This document shows, piece by piece, positions 1-11,356 of a stretch of DNA of 64,000 nucleotides. Numbering within the stretch: position 1 is the stretch's first letter; every line of letters begins with the position of its first letter. The notes beneath the pieces were generated by a model. It ran no database searches, was not told where the DNA came from, and saw only the letters and a list, made by a program, of their open reading frames with translations. The position numbers and the translations under genes are program-made. The stretch covers positions 138,616 through 202,615 of the forward strand of contig NW_005434585.1 in assembly GCF_000315625.1 (NCBI RefSeq), read 5' to 3'. Origin of the DNA: Guillardia theta CCMP2712 (Eukaryota > Protista > Cryptophyta).

Positions 1-394
1 TTTCTCTATTCCCCGTCCCCTTTTCCCTTTTCCTTACGACCGTTCTTCCCCTCCCCCCCCCCCCCCCCCCCAACCCTCTTTCTTTTCATTCCCCGCCATG
101 CTCCTCTTAGACGATGACCCAATGCCTGCCCTTCCTCTGTCCCCGTATACCACATGACGATCCTCCCTGTCTTCATACCATGTGACTAACTCCCCTCCCT
201 TTGATATTCCTTGACCAATTTCGTTTTCCTCATCAACTTCGTGTACACTTCCCCCTCCCTTCCGTGTTCGCACCCCTTTCTCGCCCATCGATCGTTTCAG
301 GCCGATATCCTCCTGCCCTCCTCCTGCCCTCTTCCTGCCATCTACCATCCTCCTCCTCCTCCGCACGCGTGCATGAAGTGATCGGAGCCGGCAG

Positions 395-1644
395 GTGCGC
401 GTGTGGCTCCAGGACCACTACTACACGTTCTCGAGGTTCCTCGTCAGCAGGGTCCTTACAGTGACGCAAGTCAGCTACGCCGACTCCCTCAAGATTTCTC
501 TGGCCGTGAAGAAAGTGCTGGTGGACCGGGGGACCTTCGACGTGACACAGGAGCAGATGGAGGAGGCGCTGTTCAACATCATGCGGCTGCACGGCTACGG
601 GGACGAGCACATCTGCAGGTACAGGCTCATGACTAAGTTCAACCACCAGCGGGTCCCGCTGGTCGTGATGGTGATCGGGACTGGGTGCGTGGGGAAGTCA
701 ACGCTGGCGACTCAGTTGGCGGAGAGGTTGAATCTGTCCGCCGTCCTCCAGACCGACCTCGTCTTCGAGGTCTCCTGTCATGCGTCGATCCAGGACGGAG
801 TGCTGAGGGAGGTGAAAACGGTGTACCAGAGGTTCGAGACGGACGAGGAGTTCATCAGCAGCTTCCGCCGGGAGTGCGAGGCTGTCAACGGGGGCCTGCA
901 AGGGGAGCTCCACAAGGTGCTGGAGGAGGGCAAGTCGATCATCATCGAGGGGATCCACCTTGATCCGACGCTCTTCCACAACCTCAAGAGGAAGGCGGAG
1001 GACGCGGAGAAAGAGAACGGCGACCCCTTTATCTGGGCTCCTTTCCTCCTCTGCACAACTGCTGAGGAGTAAGGGCCTCTGCCTGCGACTTTAATCGCCA
1101 ACCCCCCCCCCTCCCTCCTTCTTCCTTTGTTCCCTCGCTCCCATCCCCCGCTCTCCTCCAACTGCCTCCTCACCTGCGACCGCCTCCCCAGCTCCCACTC
1201 ACTCTCTTCTTCCCCACCCTCCTCCTCCCCCTCCTGCTGGTTTTTGCTACTCCTTCCTCTTTCATCCCTCCTCTCCTCTGCTCTGACCCCTGCTCAGGCA
1301 CGAGAACTTCCTGGACAACCACTGGCACCCAGACCTCCTCGAAGTCCTCTCAAACTTGGGAAGCAGCAGGTGACGGTACGACCCCGCCCTGTCCCATCCT
1401 CATCCTCTTCCTGCAGAGCCGAGATCATGACGGAGCTCAAGAAGAATTTCGCACGCATCGAGACATACCTCATGGACGGCTGCAAGTCCATGGGCATCCC
1501 CGTGATATCCACAAGTGTCAACGGTGATGACAACCTTGAAACTTGTTCCTGGCGATTAGTGAGATGTCTCTTGCAGGATTCTCGGAGACTTTAGACAGTT
1601 TGCATTCTATTGTGTTGGATCGAATGCAGGCTGTGGTGGCGTGA
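395..1644 (+). CDS. 2-phosphoglycerate kinase-like P-loop NTPase (5' end not resolved; multi-exon)
   Basis: Walker A GTGCVGKST within RVPLVVMVIGTGCVGKSTLATQLAERLNL; SIIIEGIHLDP. The N-terminal VRVWLQDHYYTFSRFLVSRVLT matches the plant/algal 2-PGK-related family as I recall it. Exons ~395-1068, ~1298-1369, ~1417-1523 and ~1577-1644 (…LDRMQAVVA*). Confidence 0.85.
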
Positions 1645-1674
1645 AGTTCTCAGGCTCAAATAGAGCTCATCGCC

Positions 1675-1790
1675 CCATTCTCATTCTCATTCTCATTCTC
1701 ATTCTCATTCTCATTCTCATTCTCATTCTCATTCTCATTCTCATTCTCATTCTCATTCTCATTCTCATTCCCATTCCCATTCTCATTCTC
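1675..1790 (+). repeat. (CTCATT)n microsatellite
   Basis: Directly visible hexamer array in the 3' flank of the NTPase gene. Confidence 0.97.
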
Positions 1791-2019
1791 CTCCCTTTTG
1801 CACATTCCTTCCACCTTCAATTGTATTGGTCTTGTAAATATCTCTCAAGTAAAATCGCATACAACACCCTGACCCTGTTCCCTTCTTCCCTCATTTAATT
1901 AGATTGGCATACTTTCGTTCTCTTTCCGGCGTTCTCAGAGTTTCAGTGTGTGTTCATCTTACACCTTGGCAGTCTTGACATGCGTACGAGCTTTGCTGAT
2001 GCAATATTCTATGCTCATG

Positions 2020-2066
2020 CTGCTGGTGCTGGTGCTGGTGTTGGTGCTGGTGCTGGTGCTGGTGAT
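2020..2066 (+). repeat. (GCTGGT)n microsatellite
   Basis: Directly visible. Confidence 0.9.
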
Positions 2067-2762
2067 GCTGTCTTCCTCCTCCTCCTCCTCCTCCCCCTCC
2101 TTTTCCTCGGTCAACTTGTTTCCCTTTCGCCACCAAGAAGTTTGCTCACACCACCTACCCCTTGCAAACGTACCCCCTATTTTATCTTTTTAAAACCCCA
2201 CCCTTTTACTGCAGAAATACATTACGGGGGTAGAGCTGATAGTCCGTTAGTTTCAAAAGCCGAAACGGTAAAATGAATCCGCTCAGCCAGTGGGAGAGGA
2301 AGGGAGGAGGGAGGGAGGAGGGAGCAAGGAGGGAGCAAGGAGGGGGGGGGGGGGTGGAACGAAGAAGAAGGATAAGAAGGAGGATGAGATGAGTATGAGA
2401 CGTGAGAAGATCACTTTGGGAATGAAGGGATGTTCGAAACTGAACTGTTCGACTGTCAGTCTGTGAGTCGGTCAGTCGGTCAATACAGATAGGAAAGCGA
2501 AACACTTGATTGAAAAAAAAACAGAGAGGATTCAATTCATGTAAAGATGGAGGGACGGATGGATGGAGGGAGGGAGGGATAGTGAGTTTTACCTGGGAAG
2601 TCATGGTTTCTTGACTTATATACTACACAGATGTACGAGGCTCACCGCTCGGAGACAGAATGGAAGGAGAGGTAGTAGTGGATCAAAGTTCCTGCAGTGG
2701 TCAGGTGACTGACTGCTGTTGGCTGTATCAGGATTGATCAGCTCAACCAAGCTGCCGCCTGG

Positions 2763-3413
2763 ATGGCGAATGCCAAGGATCTCGTCGCGCTAAACCTCGC
2801 TCATCGATACGACGAGCTATCCGTCGAGAGGGAGAGACAAGCTGTCGAGATCACTGAGCTCAGGTGCAGGGCACGCGTCGAGATGCCGTATCGCTTGTTG
2901 ACCTTGTTCTGCACAGAGAGCAGCTCGTTGAGTATCAAACTTCAGACACCATCGTGGCTGACTTTGCCGAGATGAAACAGAGGAACGAGGCGCTATGGTA
3001 CACCGTCCTTGTCCATTCTGCATGAAGATGATGGACGTGTTAGGGGGAAGTTAGCAGTATCAGAGAGGTTGGTGAGCCAGCAGGAAGAGGTAAGGAGAGA
3101 ACAAGGGACAAGTTGTGACGCTGATGAGAAGTGGAGGAACTGGAAGGCCTGAGAGCGTCTTGCTATCACCTTCAAGTTCAGTTACAGGTGTGTTGAGACT
3201 CGAAAGTTCAGTGCATGAGTCGCTCGGTTGACGGCCGTCCAGGTTGAGAAGGACCTGCATGCTGCTGAGACGCAGCAGCTGCACCAGCAGATTGAAGAGC
3301 TGAGCCGTCGACTCAAGGAGAAATCGAGGTTGAACGGCACGCCCAAGAAGACGAAAGTCTTAGCCGTGGAAGACAAGGAGAATGTTTTCAGCAACATGAA
3401 TGTTGCAACATGA
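2763..3413 (+). CDS. small coiled-coil protein (multi-exon) with C-terminal KEN box
   Basis: Heptad-like exons (YDELSVERERQAVEITELR; QQLHQQIEELSRRLKEK) separated by short GT-AG introns; ends VEDKENVFSNMNVAT*. Confidence 0.6.
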
Positions 3414-3607
3414 TCTCTTGACATCATGTATATTAAATCGATCTGAGGGATTCATGTAAACTCTATGAAGGAAAGGTATTATATCTCCAGGGCTTTTCTT
3501 GTAATCAGCACATGTACAACTGTTTGGTTGTAATGAAAGATTCATGAGAGCGCAGTGGGTATATTGTTGTGTTGGTTTGTCTCTACAGAAACTATTCGTT
3601 GAATTCA

Positions 3608-6114
3608 CTACTCACCTGATGGCTCTGCGTGCGTAGGAGGAGGCGTCTGAGCTGGAGGAGGAGGAGATCGTTTCTGCTCGAGGTTCAGGGATCGGAAAGA
3701 CGACTGAGCTTCGTGAGCTGTGCCGAGATCGATGGTGGTAGGAGCAAGGAGAGGTAGCGAGGCCATTACGGCAGGGCTGTAGAACCTGCGCAACAAGATG
3801 AGAAAGCGATAGAAGGAGAGGGGAAACGTACGGAGAGACCCACTCGAAGCCCGAGAAGAGAGCCTGGCAAGCCAAGAGTTTCAAAGGAGGAGAAGATGGG
3901 ACCGGGAAGGAATCAGTGAAGAAGGGAAGAAAACAGAATATAGCACAAGAGGAGAAACGTTTTGTTTGCCCAGGAAACTATAAGGGAGGGACAAGGGACA
4001 TGGCGATATAAGTGGGGAAGTTGGAGATAAGAGGAGATGGGAAGGAGCGGGCTGATGAAGAGTAGTGGAGGAGGAGAAGGGAGGTTGAGCAACGCACCTG
4101 GCTCTTGGGGGAGAGCGAAGTTCCAGGGGCGAGCAAGGGGGAGAGGACAGCAGGGCGGGAGGTGTACGACTCGCTGATCTGACTGAAGTTCTCGGGGTTT
4201 TCGATGAGCTCGGTGTTCTTGAACGGGGGCCCATCGACCTTTTCGAAGATCTTCTTCCATGAGAAGCCCTTGGCCCCAGAGAAGAAGAGGTGCTGTTTCA
4301 CCTCCCCCGCCCCGTTCTTCCCCAGCCGCTTCTCGGGGTCCCGGTTCAGCATAGCCTTGAGCAGGGAGTGAGCTGGGCCGGAGAGGTACTTAGGCATGAC
4401 GAGCTTCTTCTTGAGGACCTTCTGCGCAATCTGATCCGCGTTCTTGTGGTAGAAGGGGTTTTCACCCACCAGCATCTCCCAGCAAAGAACGCCGATCGCC
4501 CACCAGTCCACCACCCTCCCGTACACCTTCCCCTCCAGCTGCTCCGGCGCCATGTAGAGCTCTGTTCCCACCCACGAGTTCGTTCGGACGTCTTCGTCGA
4601 TGCAGGAAATCTTGGAGGCCCCGAAGTCGGTCACGACCAGGTGGCCGTGAGAGTCGATGAGGACGTTCTCCGGCTTCAGGTCCCTGTGAACTATGCCGCG
4701 AGCATGGAGCTCCTCGACGGCCAAGACGAGCTCAGAGATGTAGAAACGCGTCTGGGCCTCCGTGAAGGGAGAGTGTTCATCCAAGAGTTTGAGCAGCTGC
4801 CCCCCGTTGTGCCAGTCCATGAGGAGGTACAGCCTTCCCGAGTCATGGAAGGCGCAGTGGAGCCTGACGATGAAAGGGTGCATGACCGATTCGAGCACAG
4901 ACCTCTCGTTGCGGGTCCCTTCAACGTTCAGCTCCTCGATCACCATGTGCTTCCGCATTACCTTGAGCGCCATGATCCTACCGGAGATCTTCTTCCGCAC
5001 CTGATAGACTTTCCCGAACCCTCCCTGTCCCACTAGCCTGAGCAGCTCAAAGTCATCCAAGCTTGGCTCCTTTGGATCCACGTCGGCCCTGGGAATCTCC
5101 ACTTGCACTATCTGCTGAGGCGGGCTCGGCCCGGCTGGCGGCTCATGCGGGACTCTCTCCCTGAACCACGTCACGATCGACGGCAACGATCGCCAGTCCC
5201 CAGGCCGCATCCCCTCGATGTCCCAGTAGGAGCCCCACCTGCAGCACAGCAATCACGTCAGAGAGCTTCCTCGCGCTCAGCATGGTGGACCTCAAAAGAC
5301 TTCCACGTTGTGGGTTGTCTGCCGCGTTTCCCTCCTGTACTGTCGACAGCACAACGGTCTTCTTCTTCGGCGGCTTGCCAGGCCCAGCACTCTTGAGCTC
5401 TTCCGGGTTCACATCCATCTTCCTCAGCTGCTCCTTGAGGTGTGACAAGTAGGCTGCCAAGTCTGTCTTCGGGTCTGTGGGCACAGCATCTGAGCCTGGC
5501 TTCTTTTCTTCCTGCTTCCCCTGCCCTCCATCCTTCACGCTGCTGTCTCTCGCAGCTCCCAGCGAGGGGAAGCCTCCAACACTCAAATCTTGATCCTGAC
5601 TTGTACCTTCTGTACATTCTGGCGAAGAGAGAGACACTTCAACTTGTGCTTTCACCTCTCCAACGTCTTGATCGACTGGATTCTTGTTATCAGCAGGGTG
5701 TTCTGCATCGCAAGTCTCTCCACGGCCTGGATCCTGTTGAGTGTCAGGAGAGCTTTCCTTCTCTGCAAGAATAGCTGCAAGACTCTTTCCAGCTCCCCAG
5801 GCCGGTTTCCGAGGTGGTGCCACATCGCCCTGAGCTGTATGGGAGGTGTTTTCGACATGGGAGTTTGAAGCAACGTGAACGGCCCCATCTTCCTGCCAGC
5901 CAGAGTTCACAGCACAGCAAACACGAACAGAGAAGATTTCAAGGTTGGAACACACCTGTATTGGGTTGTTGCTATTCAAGGAAGGGTAACTTGACTCGGA
6001 AATTGCCTCAGGCGCATCTTGTTTGGCTGGCTGGCTTGGCAGGAAGGACGGCACGAATTCTCTAGCCTCCACACTCAGTTTGCCTTTGCCCGCTACTTTG
6101 GATGCCCATGACAT
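3608..6114 (-). CDS. AGC-family Ser/Thr kinase, S6K-like, with N-terminal PAM2 motif
   Basis: GQGGFGKV, ALK, HRDLKPEN, DFG, GTELYMAPE, DWWAIG, KRLG. AGC tail with hydrophobic-motif exon FSGFEWV (3837-3857). The N-terminal exon joins through a ~52-nt intron (~5239-5290). Stop at 3608. Confidence 0.9.
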
Positions 6115-6876
6115 GTTGGATTGTCGGGTCAGGAAAACGACCGCGCACTTTTCTTCCTCATTCACATATCATTCAAAATGAATGTTGTTGCTTCACCTGT
6201 GAAAGAAGAATACTCAGTGCAGAACTCCCGAGTAGACGAAAGATTGAAGGTCAGAATTAGATCAAAGAGATGAGTGTCTAAAGAGAGCAGTACTCGAGTT
6301 GAATGTAAGGGATGGCACACAAAGGTTGTATGTTCGAAGGAATGGATGGAGCAGTGACGTTCACAATGGATCTTGCGGGATAATATTGAAGCAAGAAAGC
6401 TAGCCGAAGAAATAATTGAATTCGTGCCGACGTCGTGGCAATGTCCAAGTGGAAAGTTAATGGGGAAGAGCAGAACACCGAGCGCCACAAGATAGAACGG
6501 GCGGTGGTGGTCAAAATGTAGTTTTTGTAGTTTTGCATGTTGATGTTGCTGAGATTGCATCAAGAGAGTTCGTACAGCTTGAATCTGTTGTGATAGATGT
6601 GGAGAGGGCAAAGGAGTAGGAGAATGTCAATGCTTCAGTGATGGCGGGAGTGGCGGCGACAGATGTGCTGCTTTCTGCTACGACTTCTATCTTCTTCAAC
6701 AGATGCATCAACAAGACGAGGATGAGGAAGAGGAGCGAGAGGGAGCGGAGGGTTGAAAGGAGGAGGAGGAAGGAGTTTGCGGAGTCAGAAGCAAGTTATG
6801 GTGTGAGGAGGAGGAGGAGGATAGTACCACTGACGGCACTCAAACTCACATGGCGGTGCATGTAGCGGATTCTTTT

Positions 6877-7210
6877 GGGGGTGGGGGTGTTCGTATATGG
6901 GGTGCTTTGCTTCCCTTGACACTTTTGAACCGGTACTTTTCCATCGAATATTGGATATAAAGGGGGTCAATGAAGGACGTACCGGGTTCTTGCTCTTTCA
7001 TGGGGGTACAGATTCAGGGGGTGGCTCAATAGCCCGTGAGGAGGTGTAAGAGAATTTGAGGGTGGGGTGATATTCGAAATCGTCATAGGTGGGTAGGTGT
7101 ACCCCACCATGTAAAATTAAGAGAATCAGACTAGTTGACGTGGGTAAAAATCCAGGGGAAGGGTCAGGTTGGCTCGATCAATGACCCGCCCATTGAGGGG
7201 TAGGGGTGGC
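6877..7210 (+). repeat. GGGGT-rich strand-biased patch
   Basis: Many GGGGT/GGGTA words on the + strand in an AT-moderate background. Confidence 0.7.
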
Positions 7211-7214
7211 TTGC

Positions 7215-7770
7215 CTCCGGTCCCGGCGCAGTGAAGTACTCAGTGACTCGGACTGCTGCGGGCCCGGGCCCCGGGCCCCGGGCGCACTGCCCGGCCAGTT
7301 GAAACTGGAAGTTGAATCCCTGGGTATCCCGGCATCCTAGCCGCCTAGTACGGTACGGTAGCCCTCGGTGACGGGCTCGTGCGAACCGTCCCGGGGAGTC
7401 CGAGGCTCGCCGCCCGGCGCCGCCGCCGCGTGACGCGGCCGGGCACCATGGCCCGGAATGTGCCCGGCCGGCCTGGCCGGTCCCGCCCGCCGCTGGCCGG
7501 GCGGCCGGGGCACCGTCACGGTTCCCTTAACTTTGAGTAAACGAAGTTCACAGTGGCACGGCAGTGGGCCGCTGGCCCAACGCCGGACTCAGGGCCCCCG
7601 GCGGGGCGAACCAGGCCGACTCGTACCAACTCAGGCTCACTGAATTGCCAGGCCGCCGGGCGGCTCGGACTGATGAGAGTCGGACTCCGCCGGGGCCGGA
7701 GGCCCCGGCGACTACGGTCGGAGCGGACTGAGCACGGCGGCACGGTCCGAGACTCTCGGCGACCGGCAGT
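7215..7770. other. GC/CpG-rich intergenic island
   Basis: Dense CCGG, GGGCCC and GACTC words; lies between divergent genes; contains CTTAACTTTGAGTAAAC at 7526-7542. Confidence 0.75.
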
Positions 7771-8030
7771 GGGGGTAGCCTACAACAACTACCAGTACCC
7801 CTATTTTATACTTCATAAGTAGGGGTGCATCGAATCAACCTAGGGGTGAGCACCTTCGCTCGTCGAGGAATACATCTACAGGGGTCCATGTTGCGAAGGG
7901 GTACTCGGTATTGATAATGCAGGGGTACTTTTAGGAGCAACATAGGGGTGATGAGCGACCCAAGACCATAGGAAAGGGTAGGGTTATTGTTGTCCGGTTT
8001 TAGAACATTTTCTGACAATTCCTGGGGTTA
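7771..8030 (+). repeat. AGGGGT array
   Basis: AGGGGT at 7821, 7842, 7880, 7897, 7921 and 7944. Confidence 0.8.
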
Positions 8031-8384
8031 CGTCATCGTTGAGGAGGAAAAGCGAGAGGATCAACAAGAGCGGTGAAGTAGAAGGCAGGAGCATGTGGAG
8101 GATGATAGTTCAGGATTCAGAAGAGAGATGTTGAGCTGGTTTTGATTGTGTCGAGCAGAAGAAGAAACAATGACGGTGGTGTTCTGTCCTCGTGATTTTG
8201 TTTCATAGGGACTTTACATGGATATAAGAGAAGCGCGATAAGATTAGACAGAGAACTCATGAGGCAAATACACCAGATCTTTCTGTATTCCATAAATTTT
8301 GCGGTTTGCGCATCAATGTGATACAGCACACGGAGATTTGATGGACGGTGCCAATGCTTTGTTGTACTCATCTAGGTCTTGCAG

Positions 8385-9434
8385 ATGTCTAATGCGGATG
8401 CGATCATGAAGGAAATCAACTCGGAGGTGGACACCTTTTACAACTTGAGGTTTGCATGTGATTCTTCTTGCAATCGTTTCTCACTCAGGTGCATTCAGCG
8501 AGGGGCACATTGAGTACATCAACCACCTCTTCAGCGAGATGGCGGGGCAGATGGTGAGAAGCTCTCGCCTCTCGTTCCTCCTCGATGCTGATGAGCGTGG
8601 ATAAGATCCCGCCCCCTACCGTCTTCGAGCTCTTGGGAGTAGACCCCAAGTCCTTTGCTGGAAAGGTCCCAATCGCGACCAAGGAGCAGTTTGGTATGCT
8701 TCTGCCGTTAGATCAGCTTCCTGTTCCTGACCTGAAGCCTCTAGTGAATGCTATCCACAAGTCGATCGATGACTCCGACACCGTTGACCAGTACAAGAAG
8801 GTATGCTCACTTTGTTTGCATGTGGAAGACTGATTCTCATCGTGTGAAGGTTTTCAACAATCAGACTACTCGCCTGTCACATGCCAAGAAGGTAGCTTTT
8901 GGGTTGACTGTGCTTGGTTTCTTCTTATCACATCTTTCAGGTGCTGGGCGAGATCAAGGACACTGTGAATAGCTTCCATTCCAAGGTTGGCGGTGATCTT
9001 GCAAAGATTGAGGTACCCTAACATGACAGAGGTTTCATGGTGTTGACTGTCATTATTCAGGGTCTCTTCTGCAGCATGGCACCGGAGCCCAACACCGGCA
9101 AGCCAATGCCTCCTGGCATGGTCAACGCACTGGTTAGCGGATGATTTGATGTCTCTCAGTCCTCTCTGACGCATCTTATCAGTTGAGAGTCTCCCCGGAA
9201 GCCAAGACCTGCTCAGCGGAGGAGTTGTTGTAAGTTCTCTATCTGTATAGTGTTGCTGATCTTGCAATGCCGAGTTTGTCTTGTTCTCTGTTTGAACTCG
9301 TATATGTTTTTTCTCCTTGCTAGATCAGGCAGTATTTTTGCTGATGCTGTATCAGGGCATGCTTTGAGAGGAATTTGGACCCTAGCGACACATCGGAAGA
9401 GTTGATCAAGAAGATCAACCAATTCCAACCCTAA
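8385..9434 (+). CDS. hypothetical protein (~200 aa, about 8 short introns)
   Basis: Continuous reading after removing ~50-nt introns (e.g. 8554-8605, 8801-8849): MSNADAIMKEINSEVDTF…IPPPTVFELLGVDPK…EELIKKINQFQP*. Confidence 0.7.
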
Positions 9435-9514
9435 GCAACTAGAACACCAGTGCGCGTTACATTTAAAACAAATGCTGCAAATTCAGAGCAGCCAGACGTT
9501 TTCTTGTACCCCAT

Positions 9515-11129
9515 CTATGCAGTGATCCACCCCTCATCATCTGAATCAGTCGGTTGGCGTGGGCTTCTATCCAGTTGCCTTCCACCGTTGTCTCCATTCT
9601 TAGATTTTTTGCAGTTTTGACTTGGTGAGTTTGTGATCGACTGCGCTCTCTGATTACCTGTCCGCTCCACATATATCCGACTTTTCTCTCTGTCTTGCAA
9701 AGCGTTTGAGTCTGATCTCGTACACCTGCTATCACGGTTTTCCCAATCTGAGTCTGATGAATCCCATCCGCCAGATGCTCTTGTCCCCTGCACGCCTGCG
9801 AACGGATCCGTGGGATCATTCATCGAAAATTCTTCTGGCACAGCACCCCTGTCTCACAGTGAGTAGTAAAAAGAAACATTCAAGTTCTGACCTTCGGCAG
9901 TAGAACAATTCATTGGTTTCCTTGCAGAGACCACAAATAGTATATTCACATTTTACACTCATGACTTGTATGGATATCCTTGATCTGGAAGCCACACGCA
10001 ATCAGCTAGGCAGAAAAGTGTTCTCCTGTCTTTCTTACGGTAGAAAGACTTCGTTTGATCTTCCACCAGCAATTCCCCAATATCTATATCCCGCAGACCT
10101 GAACCATAGGTAACTCACTTGGGGCCGTTCGAATGCACGAGGATTGAAGTGCACGCACGTCAAAATATTCTGAAGTTCCCGCACTTTGTAGCACATTACA
10201 TTGTTGTGACTTCTGAATTCTGCAATCATGTCCCTCAAAGCTACTTCACCTGAAACGTCGATTGAGTCATTTACAACAATCAAGAAACATGCACCAACCT
10301 CTGCGGGGAGGATGGGGCTGAGTAAACCAGTCCGGGCCATCAAAAAACACTTTAATCTGCATCAACCAATTCAAAATAGGAGCATCGAATTCTGTTTTCA
10401 AAAAAAATAAATGAGACATGCGAACAGCACCATTTTGCCTTGATTGTGGATTATAGACTTCATTCTTGGCGGTTGCAACGGGCCAGACAATTTGTCCATG
10501 ATATAGACCTGCGTGAGTGATAAGTTTCTTGGGATCGAGCAAAACATCCTAATTGCACAAGCACCTGATAAATGTTCCCCCTGGCGGGATAGGAGAATAT
10601 CTTGAAAGGCTCGTTGCTTCGAGAACCGGTCGATATGCTACCAACAACACCCTCAGCAATCCCCGTGGGCTCCTTCCTGGTCTCTTTGCAAACTGGCATC
10701 TGCATCCTGACCCTTATTAGAACAAAGTATTAGAACAAAGATCACAGTATTCTACAGCACTCATGTCAAATACCTTGACGTTGAAGTGCTAGACGTCAAC
10801 AAGCTTGTTTGGCTTGGTTGGCTTGTAGAATCTTGGGATTCATCACTGGCACGAGCTGGTCTTACTCGCCTGTAGGTTGGAGCAGGAGAAACCTCAACAC
10901 AATTTTCTCTGCTTGTAAGATCCACAACATGTCCACTTTTGTCGCTCCCGCTTTTCAACTTCTTCACATGGTGTGCAGAACTTTGACATGAGACGTTGGA
11001 TCGGCTCTTGCCTAAAGGTCGACATGAAGATGTAGATTTCAGGATATTTCGGATGTTCTGACGATATATTGCCGTCCTATCCATTGCGCATTCCTCATCA
11101 GAGATTAAAACAGTATTGCTATTCGACAT
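9515..11129 (-). CDS. hypothetical multi-exon protein (boundaries uncertain)
   Basis: Chain of minus-strand ORFs (10761-11147, 10267-10542, 10035-10343, 9816-10001, 9515-9841) bridged by apparent short introns; CxxC (ICGLC) near the C-terminus. Confidence 0.45.
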
Positions 11130-11356
11130 GCGTCCTGCTAACACCAAACTAAGTCAGGAAACCAAGTTTTGTCAGTGCTTTGTGTTGCAAAACGATTACA
11201 AGCTGTCCCTCTACTTCAAGTATCACACATTTTCTCAACACTCGGTGTAAGGGATTGTCAAGCATGTCTCTGAAGCAATTTCATCTCTTCTCCTACTTCA
11301 CATCATTCTGTCCATTGATTTTGGCGGGCAAAAACCATTGGCGATTACCAGTTGCT

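Noticed and set aside
4290-5036. 248-aa + strand ORF
   Set aside because: Antisense shadow of the high-GC3 kinase exon.
5200-5370. NYN/PIN nuclease start (TVVL…YWDIE) in the kinase N-terminus
   Set aside because: The best-supported intron does not join these segments, and the rest of a NYN fold is absent.
6511-6580. Similarity to 40610-40685 (KLQKLHFD vs SKKLQFD)
   Set aside because: Too short and compositionally biased to support homology.
7337-7822. Pro/Arg/Gly-rich ORFs in the GC island (likewise 13043-13359 and 26564-26790)
   Set aside because: Stop-poor GC-rich DNA, open in several frames, with no domain or splice pattern.
10716-10741. Short tandem duplications (13 bp here; 11 bp at ~12292; 17 bp at ~55464/55492) as target-site duplications
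   Set aside because: No inserted element between the copies; simple slippage explains them.
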